A stretch of DNA of 64,000 nt, from positions 66,867 through 130,866 of the forward strand of contig CAZAXH010000006.1 in the NCBI GenBank assembly GCA_964489065.1, in the 5' to 3' direction. The first letter of the stretch is position 1. Each line of letters begins with the position of its first letter. Source of the stretch: an uncultured Planctomycetales bacterium. GTDB taxonomy: Bacteria; Omnitrophota; Gorgyraeia; Zapsychrales; JANLHA01. The notes below the pieces were generated by a model. That model was not told where the DNA came from and did not search any database. It worked only from the letters and a program-made list of their open reading frames with translations. Shown piece by piece: positions 8,603 through 19,930 of the stretch. The position numbers were made by a program, and so were the translations under genes.

Positions 8603-10217
8603 TTACTTTTCCTCCTTGTTCCTTTTTATAAGCAGCGTGTGTTTTTTTCTTGTTCAGGGGACGCGCGGTCCCGTTATCCCAAATATGATGGGCCTGTTCG
8701 ATCGCCAGCACCTGCGCCCGGGCCTTGTTCATGGTTTCCTGGTATTCACGGTGCGGCACGGAATCGGCTACGATTCCGGCGCCTGCCTGGATATAGGCTT
8801 TGCCTTTATGCGCGACAATGGTCCGGATTGTGATGCAGGAATCCAGATTTCCGGAAAAACTGAAATAACCAATGCATCCGGCGTAAGGCCCCCGGGAGAC
8901 GTTTTCCAGCGTGTCGATAATTTCCATCGCTCTGATTTTCGGGGCGCCGGACACGGTCCCGGCCGGGAAGGCCGCTTCCAGGACGTCCAGAGAGTCTTTC
9001 CCCGGGGCAAGCCGCCCTTTTACATTTGAAACGATATGCATGACATGAGAATATTTCTCAATCGCCATGAGTTCGGAAACCTCGACCGTGCCTTTTTGGC
9101 ATATCCGGCCAAGGTCGTTACGCCCCAAGTCGACCAGCATGATATGTTCGGCGATTTCCTTGGGGTCGCGCAGGAGGTCTGCCGCCAGTCTACGGTCCTC
9201 CTGTTCATCCTGGCCTCTCGGACGAGTCCCGGCGATGGGACGTGTTTCAACGATCCCGTCTTCGCAGCGGATCAGCAGTTCCGGGGAAGACCCGACAATA
9301 GCGATTCCGTTAAAATACAGATAGTACATGTACGGCGAGGGATTCAGCGCCCGCAGCATACGGTAAAGATAAAATGGAGAAACATGGATATCCACTTCGA
9401 ACCTCTGGGAGAGGACGATTTGAATAATTTCCCCCGACTGGATTTGCTTTTGGGCTTCTTTTACGATGGCTTCAAAACGTTCCTGGGACATGTTGGACCG
9501 TACCGCAAGCGCGTGCGGAGGGCCTTCCCAGCTCTGGGTTTCCGGTTTAAGCGGCCGTTGGAGTTTCTTGAGGATATCTTGTATGGTTTCCACGGCCAGG
9601 GAATACGCCTGGATACGGGCTTGGGTATCCATCTTTTCCGGGATGTGGACGCAGTAGACCACTTTGATTTTGTGGTTAAGGTGGTCAAAGATGACCAGGC
9701 TTTTGGCCAGCACCAGCATCATTTCCGGTAAATCCATATCCTTGGGGGGCTGGTTGGGGAGATACTCAAAGAACCGCACCATATCATACCCGAGGTACCC
9801 CACCAGCCCGCCGCAAAAGCGGGGGAGCCCCGGCAGGGGGACAAAACGGTATTCTTTCATGATGTCCCGGATGACTTTGAGCGGGGAATCCGGAGCCGGG
9901 ACCGTTTCTTGAACGGTTGTGCCTTGGGCGAGGTCGATAATATCGACCGTCCGTCCGCGGGCCCGGATCACTTTCTCGGGATTGGACGCCAGGAAAGAAA
10001 ATTGGGCTACTTTCTTCTCCCCTTCCACCGATTCCAGGAGGAAGGAATACCCTTTCTTATCGGCGAGCTTGTAATAAGCGGATACCGGGGTGTCCATGTC
10101 TCCGAGGACATCAGCAAAAACCGGGATGAGGGTCCCTTGTTCTGCCAGTTTTAAAAATTCGTTCAAATCCGGTTTTATCATGTCTTTTTTAAAGGTGTAA
10201 TTTCTCGGTAAAAGCAA
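8547..10217 (-). CDS. trpE: Anthranilate synthase component I / aminodeoxychorismate synthase component I family (chorismate-binding enzyme)
   Basis: LLESVEGE, chorismate-binding C-terminus ([15 protein letters not shown]...[10 protein letters not shown]...). No trpG/trpD nearby. The 3' end overlaps the rpsP start. Confidence 0.75.
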   Translation of the reverse strand: MLLPRNYTFKKDMIKPDLNEFLKLAEQGTLIPVFADVLGDMDTPVSAYYKLADKKGYSFLLESVEGEKKVAQFSFLASNPEKVIRARGRTVDIIDLAQGTTVQETVPAPDSPLKVIRDIMKEYRFVPLPGLPRFCGGLVGYLGYDMVRFFEYLPNQPPKDMDLPEMMLVLAKSLVIFDHLNHKIKVVYCVHIPEKMDTQARIQAYSLAVETIQDILKKLQRPLKPETQSWEGPPHALAVRSNMSQERFEAIVKEAQKQIQSGEIIQIVLSQRFEVDIHVSPFYLYRMLRALNPSPYMYYLYFNGIAIVGSSPELLIRCEDGIVETRPIAGTRPRGQDEQEDRRLAADLLRDPKEIAEHIMLVDLGRNDLGRICQKGTVEVSELMAIEKYSHVMHIVSNVKGRLAPGKDSLDVLEAAFPAGTVSGAPKIRAMEIIDTLENVSRGPYAGCIGYFSFSGNLDSCITIRTIVAHKGKAYIQAGAGIVADSVPHREYQETMNKARAQVLAIEQAHHIWDNGTARPLNKKKTHAAYKKEQGGKVNGSTDSSAKSRSKSQQKI

Positions 10218-10543
10218 CTTTTTTTAAGAGTATGGCATGCGGCCCCGATCTGCTCAACGATGATCAGCAGGGTGTCGCAATCGCAGTCGTAGTAAATTTT
10301 TTTAACATATTGAAAGTGCCCCGAGGTCATGCCTTTCACCCAGTATTCCTGGCGGGACCGGGACCAGAAACAGGTTTTTCCTTTTTTTAAGGTCGCCTTG
10401 AGCGAGTCAATATTCATATACGCCATCATGAGGACCTCTTTTGTCTTATGGTCCTGGACGATCGCCGGGATAAGCCCGTTGGCGTCAAATTTCAATTTGT
10501 GCAGGGTACGCGGGGTAATCTGGATTGTTTCCATGTTTTTCAT
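10178..10543 (-). CDS. hisI: Phosphoribosyl-AMP cyclohydrolase
   Basis: GLIPAIVQD...[12 protein letters not shown]...CDCD zinc-binding motif. Confidence 0.85.
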   Translation of the reverse strand: MKNMETIQITPRTLHKLKFDANGLIPAIVQDHKTKEVLMMAYMNIDSLKATLKKGKTCFWSRSRQEYWVKGMTSGHFQYVKKIYYDCDCDTLLIIVEQIGAACHTLKKSCFYREITPLKKT

Positions 10544-11295
10544 AAGCGTATCGGTACACCTTTTCCTTTAAGATAGTTTTTAATATCTTGAATGGCCAGT
10601 TCCCCATAATGAAATACGGATGCGGCCAGGGCGGCGTCCGCTCCTGTTTGTGTCAGCGCATCTAAAAAATCCTCCGGTTTTCCCGCCCCACCGGAAGCGA
10701 TCACCGGGATATTGACCGCCTGGCACACGGCCTTGGTCAGCACCAGGTCATACCCGTCTTTGGTCCCGTCATGGTCCATGCTGGTTAAAAGAATTTCTCC
10801 GGCCCCCAGGTCTTCCCCCTGCTGGGCCCAGGCGACGGCGTCCCGGTTTGTGCGGATGCGGCCGCCGTTAATATAAACCGTCCAATGATCGCCTTCCCGT
10901 TTGGCATCAATGGCCAGGACAATGCACTGGCTCCCGAACCGGTCGGCCGCTTCCTTGAGCAGCCCGGGGGCACGGACCGCCGCTGAGTTGATGGACACTT
11001 TATCTGCGCCGGCGTTAAGCAATTGCCGTATATCCCGGATGTCCTGAATTCCCCCCCCTACTGTCAGGGGCATAAAGACTTTTTCCGCGGTTGAGCGCAC
11101 GACGTCAAGGATAATCGGCCTCGCTTCATGACTGGCGGTGATATCCAGAAAAACAATTTCATCCGCGCCCAGACGGTTATAATTTTCCGCGATTTCCGTG
11201 GGGTCTCCGGCGTCGCGTAATTGGACGAAATTAACGCCTTTGACGACGCGGCCGTTTTTAACATCCAGGCAGGGGATTATCCTCTTCGTGAGCAT
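10540..11295 (-). CDS. hisF: Imidazole glycerol phosphate synthase cyclase subunit
   Basis: [16 protein letters not shown], (beta/alpha)8 barrel. 251 aa. Confidence 0.9.
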   Translation of the reverse strand: MLTKRIIPCLDVKNGRVVKGVNFVQLRDAGDPTEIAENYNRLGADEIVFLDITASHEARPIILDVVRSTAEKVFMPLTVGGGIQDIRDIRQLLNAGADKVSINSAAVRAPGLLKEAADRFGSQCIVLAIDAKREGDHWTVYINGGRIRTNRDAVAWAQQGEDLGAGEILLTSMDHDGTKDGYDLVLTKAVCQAVNIPVIASGGAGKPEDFLDALTQTGADAALAASVFHYGELAIQDIKNYLKGKGVPIRL

Positions 11296-12008
11296 AATTG
11301 AACCGCTTTTTTAAAATCCAGGGTTTCTTCATAGATGGCCCGGCCGGTAATCGCCCCGGCGATGCCGCGGGGTTCCATCTCCAGCAACTGTTTGATGTCC
11401 TCGATATCTTTAATGCCGCCGGAGGCGATTACCGGAATGCTGATTGCGTCAAGCAGATCTTGCAGGGCCGCGTAGTTCGGCCCGGTGAGCATCCCGTCGG
11501 TTTTGATATCCGTGTAAATCAGGCACGGGAGCCCCATGCCTTCCAAGTTCCGGGCGAAATCGGTGGCTTTGATACGCGTCACTTCCGTCCACCCTTTTGT
11601 CGTCACATAGCCGTCCTTGCAGTCCAGGCTGACAGCGATCCTCCCCGGCCAGCGTGCCAGGATGCCCCGGAGGAGTTCCCGGTTCCCGATGGCTTGAGTG
11701 CCTAAGACAACCCGTTTCACGCCGTTGTCAAGCAAGGCGGCGATGTCGGCCTCTGTGCGGAGCCCTCCCCCGCATTGGACCGGGACCTTAACAGCGCGGG
11801 CAATATCAAGGATCGTTCCCGTATTCTTGGGGGCGCCGGTCTGGGCCCCGTCCAAATCAATGACGTGCAGCCATTCTGCCCCGGCTTTTTCCCATTTCTG
11901 CGCCACCCGGACAGGGTCGTCCGCGTACCGCGTTGTGTCCTGAAAACGTCCCTGTTTAAGCCGGACAACCATTTTGTCCTGGATATCTATAGCGGCGTAA
12001 AGAATCAT
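11277..12008 (-). CDS. hisA: ProFAR isomerase
   Basis: ILYAAIDI...GRVV...GGGLR motifs. Confidence 0.9.
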   Translation of the reverse strand: MILYAAIDIQDKMVVRLKQGRFQDTTRYADDPVRVAQKWEKAGAEWLHVIDLDGAQTGAPKNTGTILDIARAVKVPVQCGGGLRTEADIAALLDNGVKRVVLGTQAIGNRELLRGILARWPGRIAVSLDCKDGYVTTKGWTEVTRIKATDFARNLEGMGLPCLIYTDIKTDGMLTGPNYAALQDLLDAISIPVIASGGIKDIEDIKQLLEMEPRGIAGAITGRAIYEETLDFKKAVQLCSRRG

Positions 12009-12613
12009 ATGTTTTCCATAAAATTTTTTAGAATTCGCAAGCCAATATCCTGACTTTTTTCCGGGTGAAACTGCACTCCGAACACGTTTTTGTCCCAGAC
12101 CGAAGAGGCGAACGACACGCCGTATTCCGTTAGGCTGGCGCTGATTTGCGGTTTATCCGGTTTGACGTAATAGGAGTGGCAGAAATACACATAGGCTTCT
12201 GAAGGCAGCCCTTTCCATAAAGGGCAGTTATCTTGCGAGAAGCGAATGGTATTCCACCCCATATGGGGAACCTTGTTCCCGGGGGCGAACCGTTCGACTG
12301 TCCCGGCCAAAAGGTTTAATCCCGGAACCGCCCCCCCCTCTGTGCTTCGGCTGAACAGCAATTGAAAGCCAAGGCATATCCCCAGAAAAGGTTTTCCTTT
12401 TGCCACAAAATCCCGGATCGCGTCAATAAGCCCGAGTTCCCTCAACTTTTGCATGGCTGGAGCCATGGCCCCGACTCCCGGGAGGACGAGTTTTTCGGCT
12501 TGTCCGATCCGTCCCGGATCCTGGGTAATAATGGCCCGGGCACCGCTTTTTTCGAATGCTTTTTGAACGCTGCGTAAGTTGCCCATGCCATAGTCAATAA
12601 TCGTGATATCCAT
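12005..12613 (-). CDS. hisH: Imidazole glycerol phosphate synthase glutaminase subunit
   Basis: Class I GATase: IIDYGMGNLRS, GICLGFQ (catalytic Cys), HPE. Confidence 0.9.
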   Translation of the reverse strand: MDITIIDYGMGNLRSVQKAFEKSGARAIITQDPGRIGQAEKLVLPGVGAMAPAMQKLRELGLIDAIRDFVAKGKPFLGICLGFQLLFSRSTEGGAVPGLNLLAGTVERFAPGNKVPHMGWNTIRFSQDNCPLWKGLPSEAYVYFCHSYYVKPDKPQISASLTEYGVSFASSVWDKNVFGVQFHPEKSQDIGLRILKNFMENI

Positions 12614-12649
12614 TTTTACCTGCTTAAAGAATTCAGCGTATAAATTGTT

Positions 12650-13261
12650 TCAATCAATGACCCCTTTTGTCGAAGGGACCGCCGCAGCCCGGCGCGGGTC
12701 GATCTGTGTTGCCTGATCCAGCGCCAGACCTAGGGATTTAAAAACAGTCTCCAAATTGGTGTGCAGGTCGTTGCTCTGCCCGCTGACCTGGACGACCAGA
12801 GTGGCTCCCAGGCTGTGGGCGAACGATTCCAGCAGATGTTCCATGTAAGAGAGCGAATACTCTTCCTGGTCCTGCCCCTGGGTCAGGTTATGGCTGAAAT
12901 ACCCCCGCCCGCTGATATCAATAACCGTGTGCCCCAGGGTTGATTCCATGGGGGCGAAGCCGGACCCGAAGCGGCGTATCCCTTGTTTTTCATCCAGGGC
13001 TTTCTTAAAAGTTTTACCGAGTACGATCCCGATGTCTTCGTTCGTGTGATGAATATCGATCTGTAGATCCGCTTTCTGGACCAGCAGTTCCATGTCAAAG
13101 AAGCCGTGAAAGGCAAAGAGGGCAAGCATATGATCCAGAAACCCGATTTGTGTCTTGATCCGGGCTTCTCCTTTCCCGTCGATGTTCAGGGAACAGGAAA
13201 TTTCTGTCTCGCTGCTCTTGCGTACAAACTGGGTTTTTCTTTCCTGGTATGCCTGGCCCAT
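12650..13261 (-). CDS. hisB: Imidazoleglycerol-phosphate dehydratase
   Basis: IDIHHTNEDIG, HM..ALF motifs. Start taken at the internal Met (MGQAYQ...), because the longer ORF would overlap the hisD 3' end. Confidence 0.85.
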   Translation of the reverse strand: MGQAYQERKTQFVRKSSETEISCSLNIDGKGEARIKTQIGFLDHMLALFAFHGFFDMELLVQKADLQIDIHHTNEDIGIVLGKTFKKALDEKQGIRRFGSGFAPMESTLGHTVIDISGRGYFSHNLTQGQDQEEYSLSYMEHLLESFAHSLGATLVVQVSGQSNDLHTNLETVFKSLGLALDQATQIDPRRAAAVPSTKGVID

Positions 13262-13274
13262 GCTCACAATCCTT

Positions 13275-14525
13275 TCATCCCTTGGTTTCTGGTTTATGGT
13301 GCCCTGCGAAGCGGACATGAACAGAATCCGCGTGTTTGACAAGATTTTCCAGTTGCGCGATTTTAATGACGTTCGGATATACTTTTTCTAGGGCGCGCCG
13401 GGAGAAGGAAATCACGTGACTGGTTTTCATGAAATGGTGCACGCTCAAACCCGAAAAAAAGCGGGCGGTCCCCATGGTCGGTAACACATGGCTGGGGCCG
13501 GCGGCATAATCTCCTACGGCGGTGGGGCTGTAAGGCCCCAGGAATATCGCTCCTGCGTTGCGGATTTTTTTAGATATGCTTTTAGGATGATTCGTGAGTA
13601 TTTCCAGATGTTCCGGCGCTATTTTGTTGACAACGTCCACCGCTTCATCCATGTTCTGGACATAAATCCCGTATCCGTTTTTGAGGCGTCCCCGGACCTG
13701 TTTCAGGAGTTGCTTCGAGGTGGTGACCAGGATGGCCAGTCCCCCCAGGTGCTCCATCTGCGCCTCAAGATCGGCAATGACATAATCCGGGTTGCTGAAG
13801 CGGTTGGCGATAATCACGAGTTCCGAAGGTCCGGCCAGCATGTCGATATCCACAAATCCGAATAGTTGCCGTTTGGCTTCCGTGACATACATATTCCCGG
13901 GGCCGACAATCATGTCGACTCGGGGGATTGTTTTGGTGCCCAGGGCCAGGGCGGCCACGGCCTGCGCCCCGCCCATTTTATAAATCGCGTTGACTTTCAG
14001 CAAATTAGCCACTACGAGAATATGCGGGTTGATATGCCCCTGGGCCGTTGGGGGTGTGGCGATGACAATGTTTTTGACGCCGGCGACTTTAGCGGGGATC
14101 ACGGTCATATACACGGACGAGACCAACGGCGCTGTGCCGGCCGGGATGTAAATACCCACGGTGTCCAAAGGATGAATATGTTCCCCCAGTAAAACCCCTT
14201 CCTGATTTTTAATGCGGCAGGGTTTAGGGACCTGTTTTTTGTAAAAGAGCGTTACATTGTTAATAATCACCTTTAAATTGTTGATAAAATCGCTGGTGAT
14301 GTTCTGATACGCCGCGCTGATCTCATTTTCCGCGACGGATAAATCTTTAGGAGTCAGTTTGACCTTATCAAAACGGCGGGTGTATTTTACGACCGCATCA
14401 TCGCCGCACGCCTGCACCTCTTCGATAATCTTTTTGACTTTTTCTTCCGTATGCCGTCTGCGGATATTGTAATGACGGTTATAGATGTCCTGAAGCCCCG
14501 GACCGTTGAGTTTGAGGATTTTCAT
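13275..14525 (-). CDS. hisD: Histidinol dehydrogenase
   Basis: 416 aa. GPGNMYV, zinc-binding His/Asp motifs. The start overlaps the alaS stop (ATGA). Confidence 0.9.
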   Translation of the reverse strand: MKILKLNGPGLQDIYNRHYNIRRRHTEEKVKKIIEEVQACGDDAVVKYTRRFDKVKLTPKDLSVAENEISAAYQNITSDFINNLKVIINNVTLFYKKQVPKPCRIKNQEGVLLGEHIHPLDTVGIYIPAGTAPLVSSVYMTVIPAKVAGVKNIVIATPPTAQGHINPHILVVANLLKVNAIYKMGGAQAVAALALGTKTIPRVDMIVGPGNMYVTEAKRQLFGFVDIDMLAGPSELVIIANRFSNPDYVIADLEAQMEHLGGLAILVTTSKQLLKQVRGRLKNGYGIYVQNMDEAVDVVNKIAPEHLEILTNHPKSISKKIRNAGAIFLGPYSPTAVGDYAAGPSHVLPTMGTARFFSGLSVHHFMKTSHVISFSRRALEKVYPNVIKIAQLENLVKHADSVHVRFAGHHKPETKG

Positions 14526-17152
14526 GCGGTGGTGTCCCTTTTCTTAATATAATTCTCGGCCTGGCCTAGTGCGTCGGGCAACAAGTCCGGATTTTGGCTG
14601 CCGGCTTGGGCCATCGCATCGCGGCCCCCGCCGTTCCCCTGGATTTTTTCGGCAATGATTTGAATAATGTCCTTCGCGTTCCACCCCGCCTTGATCAGCG
14701 CGGGACCCACGGAAATCAGGACCTGAACATCGTTTTTACCGCGGGAAGCCAGGATCACGATCGCATCCATTTTCTGTTTTATAGCGTCGGCGAGTTTTCT
14801 TAAAACATTGCTGGTGACACCTTCAAACGTGTGCGTGATGACCCGCGTGCCGTTCAAGTCCTGCATCTCAGCGAGAATCTGCGGAAGCTCCCTGAGGACG
14901 GCTTCCGTTTGAAATTTTTCCAGGTCTTTCTCCATCTGCTTCATGCGCTGGGCCTGCAAAGCGGCACGGCTGTCGAGCTCCGCCACCGGGGATTTCATGA
15001 GTTGCGACAGGCGCTGGAGCATATCTTCCCGTTCATTGATCAGCTCCAGAGCTCCGGTGCCGGTTTTGGCTTCGATGCGGCGGATCCCTTGCGCGATGGC
15101 GGACTCGCTGACGATTTTAAAAACGCCAATCTGCCCGGTGGAATCCAAATGGGTGCCTCCGCACAGCTCAATCGAGAAATCATCAATCGCCACAACCCTG
15201 ACCGTGTCGGAATACTTTTCTGCGAAAAACGCCAGGGCGCCTTTATCTTTGGCCTGATCCAGAGGCATGCTTTCTTTGGACACCGCCCCGCAGGACAGGA
15301 TGCGGTCGTTGACATAAGTTTCCAGGGCCCGGATATCGTCGGTGCTTAGGGCTTTCGGGTGAGAGAAATCAAACCGCAGATGTTTTTCATCCACGAGGGA
15401 CCCCTGCTGTTGGACATGCTGTCCCAGGATCTCCCGTAAGCCGGCCTGCAGCAGATGGGTGGCGGTGTGGTTCCGCATAATTGCCAGGCGCCGCTTGGAG
15501 TCGATTTGCGCGGTCACGAGTTCATTCCCCTTAAGGCAGCCGCGTTCGACCTGCCCGGTATGAATAAAAATATCGGAAATCTTGTGCGTGTTCGTGACGC
15601 GGATTTGCCCGGCTGGTCCTTGGATGATGCCGGTGTCGCCGACCTGGCCTCCGGATTCCGCGTAAAAGGGGGTGGCGTCCAGCACGCATTGCACTTCTTC
15701 CCCTTCCTGCACGGTGGCGCGCTCTTCGGTGTTGACAAAAAGCTTAAGAATCCTCGCCTCGGCCGTATGGTGCTCATATCCCAGAAACCGTGTTTTACAC
15801 ACATTAAGATTCAGCTCTGTATCGGTGAAGACATCCCCGGCCATCTTGCTGGCCGCCCGGGAACGGCACTGCTGTTCCGTCATGAGGTGTTTGTAAACCG
15901 CCAGGTCCTGACAAAGGGTTTGTTCCGGAATCCCTTTCTTTCTCGCCGTTGTCAGGATTACGGAAAGCGGCAGCCCGTAGGTGTCCCGGAATTTAAAATA
16001 GGTTGTTCCCCGTTCCTGAGAGGACATGGCGGTTAAGTTCAGACTTTCCAGTTCCGGGATCCGTTGGGCCCGGACATGGATAAAAGCTTCCTCGGTCTTT
16101 TTCACGAAGTCGGAGATATCGGCGGATTTATCGGCCAATTCCGGGTACTGGTCCTGCATCGCCCGGATGACGTCCGGAACCAGCTGGTAGATGCAGGGTT
16201 GTTGCGGGCCATGGGATAAAGCGATGTTGGCGCTGTCATTGATCAGCCGTTTGACCACTGACCCCCGTTCTTTATTGGAAGGGATGATCCCGTCGCAGAT
16301 CGCAAAGACGATAGCCCGGATATGGTCGGCCACGACACACTCCTCTTCCCAGGAGAGTTCAATGGGAATCAGCCGCCGTATCGCCTGCCGGATCCCCGCA
16401 AACAAGTCTGTATCAAAATTATTCTTTTTACCCTGGATCACGGCCGTCAGGCGTTCTAATCCCATGCCGGTATCAATGTTTTTGGCCGGGAGCGGCTCCA
16501 GAATGCCGCCGTCTTTGCGCTCAAACTGGGTGAAAACCAGGTTCCAGATTTCCGCGAAACGCCCGCAGTCACAGTCCGGGTTGCAATGGGGATTGGAGCA
16601 TTTTGGATTTTGCCCGTAATCATAGAAAATTTCCGAGCAGGGTCCGCAGGGTCCGTTTGGCCCTTCCGTCCTGGCGTTGGACGGCCAAAAATTGCTTTTA
16701 TCCCCCAGCCGCACCAGCTGCCGGGGCGGAATTTTTATCGTATTCAGCCATATCGCGGCCGCCTCTTCATCGTCCTTATGCACGGAAACCCATAATTTTT
16801 CAGGCGGCAAGTTGACGGCTCCGGTCAGGAATTCCCAGGCCCAGGTGATGGCTTCTTTCTTGAAATAGTCGCCGAAGGAAAAGTTTCCCAGCATTTCAAA
16901 AAACGTGTGGTGAAAATTGGTCTTCCCCACCTGGTCCAAGTCATCCGTGCGCAGGCATTTCTGGGAGGATGTGGCCCGGGTGTATCCTTCGATGTGCCCG
17001 AGGAACTGGCGCTTGAATTGCTGCATTCCGGCGGTTGTGAAGAGAACCGTGGGGTCATTCTTGGGCACCAAAGAGTCGCTGCGGACCGGAGTGTGTCCTT
17101 TGGACACAAAAAAGTCCAGATATTTTTTTCTGATGGCAGAGGCGGTGAGCAT
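14522..17152 (-). CDS. alaS: Alanine--tRNA ligase
   Basis: 876 aa. Class II core (FTTAGMQQFK), editing-domain HxxxH...CGGTH, C-terminal DHHA1. Confidence 0.95.
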   Translation of the reverse strand: MLTASAIRKKYLDFFVSKGHTPVRSDSLVPKNDPTVLFTTAGMQQFKRQFLGHIEGYTRATSSQKCLRTDDLDQVGKTNFHHTFFEMLGNFSFGDYFKKEAITWAWEFLTGAVNLPPEKLWVSVHKDDEEAAAIWLNTIKIPPRQLVRLGDKSNFWPSNARTEGPNGPCGPCSEIFYDYGQNPKCSNPHCNPDCDCGRFAEIWNLVFTQFERKDGGILEPLPAKNIDTGMGLERLTAVIQGKKNNFDTDLFAGIRQAIRRLIPIELSWEEECVVADHIRAIVFAICDGIIPSNKERGSVVKRLINDSANIALSHGPQQPCIYQLVPDVIRAMQDQYPELADKSADISDFVKKTEEAFIHVRAQRIPELESLNLTAMSSQERGTTYFKFRDTYGLPLSVILTTARKKGIPEQTLCQDLAVYKHLMTEQQCRSRAASKMAGDVFTDTELNLNVCKTRFLGYEHHTAEARILKLFVNTEERATVQEGEEVQCVLDATPFYAESGGQVGDTGIIQGPAGQIRVTNTHKISDIFIHTGQVERGCLKGNELVTAQIDSKRRLAIMRNHTATHLLQAGLREILGQHVQQQGSLVDEKHLRFDFSHPKALSTDDIRALETYVNDRILSCGAVSKESMPLDQAKDKGALAFFAEKYSDTVRVVAIDDFSIELCGGTHLDSTGQIGVFKIVSESAIAQGIRRIEAKTGTGALELINEREDMLQRLSQLMKSPVAELDSRAALQAQRMKQMEKDLEKFQTEAVLRELPQILAEMQDLNGTRVITHTFEGVTSNVLRKLADAIKQKMDAIVILASRGKNDVQVLISVGPALIKAGWNAKDIIQIIAEKIQGNGGGRDAMAQAGSQNPDLLPDALGQAENYIKKRDTTA

Positions 17153-17156
17153 GGTT

Positions 17157-18608
17157 TTAGTTTCCTATAACAAAAAATCCCCGTAACGTTTGAATCAGGC
17201 AATTTCCCGATGTCCTTGAAATGGATTGGCGGAAGTCTCCGGTATTCTTAACCGCCTGGTTATTGATGGCAATGATGATATCCCCTTCCCGGATGCCCGC
17301 CTGATGGGCCGGACTGCCGGGATGGAGCCGGGTCACAATCACTCCGGAGATATTTTCCAGGCGGAACTGTTCGGCCACTTCTTCGGTTATATCCTGGATT
17401 TCCAACCCTTTCCAGACCGGGAAGCCGTCGGTTCCGGGCTGGGGAACAGCCGGTTTCGGAAGAAGGTCTTTAAAGGCGGGCCGTTCCGCGATCACCACAT
17501 TCAGGATTTTTTCTTCCCCTTTATGAAGAACCCGGACCTGGACGGTTTCCCCGATATCCCGGTTGGCAATGTATTTGCTCAACAGGGCGGATGTCCGCAT
17601 CTTAACGTCGTTAATCGATAAGATGATATCCCCGTCGGTCAGCCCCGCCTGTTGGGCTGGCGCGTCTTTCAGGACTTTTAAAACCAGCACGCCTTCAGCG
17701 GACGGCAGATTAAAATATTGGGCGAGGCGGTAGTCCAGGTCCTGGATACTGATCCCGATCCATCCCTGGCTCACTTTTTTGCCCTTGATAATCTGGTCAA
17801 CGATCGCCTTGGCATAATTAATCGGCACGGCGAACCCGATCCCCTGATAACCGCCGGAGGTGGAAAAAATGGCCACATTGATGCCAATGACTTCCCCGTT
17901 TAAATTAACTAGGGGGCCCCCGGAGTTCCCGGGGTTAATGGCCGCGTCGGTTTGAATTAAATCGGAATAATCCGTGTCCCTCCGTGAAGTTGCCGGAAGG
18001 GCCCGGTGAAGAGCGCTGATGACCCCGGTGGTGACTGTGGGCTGCGGGTCATTCAGCACGTGGCCGAACGGGTTTCCGATAGCCACGACCCATTGGCCGA
18101 TTTTTAAATCATCGGAGTTGCCTAAAGGGGGGATGGATATATCCAAGGCCGGAATTTTTACGACCGCCAGATCCGAGCGGGAATCGGTCCCTTTGAGTTC
18201 CCCTTCGAAAGACCGGCCGTCCGGGAGCATGACCGTGATCGTGTCCGCCCCCCGGACGACATGTTCGTTGGTCAGAATATAGCCTTTATCGTCAACGATG
18301 ACGCCGGATCCTAGTCCTTGCCGTCGCTGTTCATAGTGCGGGTATCCTCCAAAGAATTCTCCGAAGAACTGGTCAAAAATATCCCCCTCATAAGGGGATC
18401 GGCGTTGATAATATTGCAGCTGTTCTGTTTTGATGGATACCACGGACGGCCCGACTTTTTGGGCCACAGACTCTATCGCGTGGATCAAGGATGGTTCTTC
18501 CGCATGAATATCAACCGGCCAAGCCAATATGCTGGCTAGGGTTAGCCCCACGCCGAGACAGACGACGGCTTGCCGCATTTGCAAAGGGATATTTTTGTCT
18601 CTATTCAT
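17157..18608 (-). CDS. htrA: HtrA/DegP-family periplasmic serine protease with two PDZ domains
   Basis: N-terminal signal/TM, catalytic triad context (GNSGGPLVN), two PDZ repeats. Confidence 0.85.
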   Translation of the reverse strand: MNRDKNIPLQMRQAVVCLGVGLTLASILAWPVDIHAEEPSLIHAIESVAQKVGPSVVSIKTEQLQYYQRRSPYEGDIFDQFFGEFFGGYPHYEQRRQGLGSGVIVDDKGYILTNEHVVRGADTITVMLPDGRSFEGELKGTDSRSDLAVVKIPALDISIPPLGNSDDLKIGQWVVAIGNPFGHVLNDPQPTVTTGVISALHRALPATSRRDTDYSDLIQTDAAINPGNSGGPLVNLNGEVIGINVAIFSTSGGYQGIGFAVPINYAKAIVDQIIKGKKVSQGWIGISIQDLDYRLAQYFNLPSAEGVLVLKVLKDAPAQQAGLTDGDIILSINDVKMRTSALLSKYIANRDIGETVQVRVLHKGEEKILNVVIAERPAFKDLLPKPAVPQPGTDGFPVWKGLEIQDITEEVAEQFRLENISGVIVTRLHPGSPAHQAGIREGDIIIAINNQAVKNTGDFRQSISRTSGNCLIQTLRGFFVIGN

Positions 18609-18617
18609 AGAGGACCG

Positions 18618-19664
18618 TTATTTTTTTAATCCGCAGGATTCTAGGATTTTTTTCTCGATTTGGCTAAGGATTTTGGGATTATCCAGCAGGTATTTTCTGG
18701 CGCTATCCCTTCCCTGTCCGATTTTTTCCGTTTCGTAAGAAAACCACGATCCGGATTTAGAGATAATTTCAGTTTGGATGCCCAAATCCAGGATGTCGCT
18801 GCTCCGGGATATGCCTTCATCAAAATAAATTTCAAATTCCGCCGTGCGGAAAGGCGGCGCCACTTTATTTTTTACGATTTTGGCGCGAATCCTGTTCCCG
18901 ATAAAATCATCGCCTTTTTTAAGCGTTTCGATGCGCCGCAGGTCAATACGGATAGAGGCGTAAAATTTCAGAGCGTTGCCTCCGGTCGTGGTTTCCGGGT
19001 TGCCGAACATCACGCCGATCTTCATCCGGATTTGATTGATAAAGATAACAGTGGACTTGGATTTATTGATAGCGCCAGTTAATTTTCTTAGCGCCTGGGA
19101 CATGAGCCTTGCCTGCAGGCCCATATGAGAGTCCCCCATTTCCCCTTCAATTTCCGCTTTGGGGGTCAGGGCCGCGACGGAATCGATGACGATCAGATCG
19201 ACCGCGTTGGAACGGACCAGGGTCTCGGCAATTTCAAGGGCCTGTTCTCCAGTGTCAGGCTGGGAGATCAGGAGGTCTTCCAGTTTAATACCGATTTTGT
19301 TGGCATAACTGGAATCAAAGGCATGCTCGGCATCGATAAAAGCGGCCACACCTCCCTGTTTCTGAACTTCCCGGATAATGCTGAGGGTCAGAGTGGTTTT
19401 CCCGGAGGCCTCTGGGCCGTATATTTCCACGATTCTTCCTCTGGGGACGCCTCCCACTCCCAAGGCCAGATCTAATGCTAATGACCCGGTGGGAATAACC
19501 GGGACATCCAAGTGAGCGGTCCCGTCCATACGCATGATGGCCCCTTTGCCAAATTGTTTTTCAATCTGGGTTAAAGCCAGTTCCAACGCTTTACGTTTAT
19601 TTTCAGATTCTGCCATTTTTACGTCTGCCGTTTTCACATCTGCCGTTTTCTTCATTTCTGCCAT
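18618..19664 (-). CDS. recA: Recombinase A
   Basis: Walker [11 protein letters not shown]1/L2 loops. Strong RBS GGAGGG before the ATG at 19664. The canonical RecA N-terminus begins at the internal Met (19616), so the protein carries a 16-aa extension with a KTADV tandem repeat. Confidence 0.95.
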   Translation of the reverse strand: MAEMKKTADVKTADVKMAESENKRKALELALTQIEKQFGKGAIMRMDGTAHLDVPVIPTGSLALDLALGVGGVPRGRIVEIYGPEASGKTTLTLSIIREVQKQGGVAAFIDAEHAFDSSYANKIGIKLEDLLISQPDTGEQALEIAETLVRSNAVDLIVIDSVAALTPKAEIEGEMGDSHMGLQARLMSQALRKLTGAINKSKSTVIFINQIRMKIGVMFGNPETTTGGNALKFYASIRIDLRRIETLKKGDDFIGNRIRAKIVKNKVAPPFRTAEFEIYFDEGISRSSDILDLGIQTEIISKSGSWFSYETEKIGQGRDSARKYLLDNPKILSQIEKKILESCGLKK

Positions 19665-19930
19665 CTTACCCTCCGTTTGTTAGCCATGTTTACTTGGCAC
19701 CGTTCCTTGTGCTCTGACCTGTGGGGTAAAAATTTATCCACTTTCGCAGAAGACCGCAGGCCTGCCCGTGGATCAACGCAAGAGCTTAACGAGGTCTTCT
19801 GCTCCGGGAATGTTCACGCGTATGTTAAGAAGTCAGGTTATTCTGTGAAGCGAATTGTTCATAAGTCCCGCGCCTATGGACGTGGGACCTCATATATAAT
19901 TAATTAATATTATTTTAAAAATGAAAAACA

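Noticed and set aside
15455-16036. 193-aa plus-strand ORF (and many similar 60-170 aa ORFs at 14594-17170) antisense to alaS
   Set aside because: It is entirely embedded antisense within a strongly supported housekeeping gene. It has no RBS and a biased Arg/Gly/Pro composition typical of antisense frames in GC-moderate DNA.
19700-19760. Possible SRP-RNA-like motif (caggtcagagcacaaggaacggtgccaag) in the recA leader
   Set aside because: It only loosely resembles the conserved helix-8 sequence. There is no GNRA tetraloop or AGCAG/GGAA asymmetric loop, so I did not call an SRP RNA.
19677-19907. 76-aa plus-strand ORF in the recA upstream region
   Set aside because: It is antisense to the putative recA leader and has no RBS. 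The region is better explained as promoter plus structured 5' leader.
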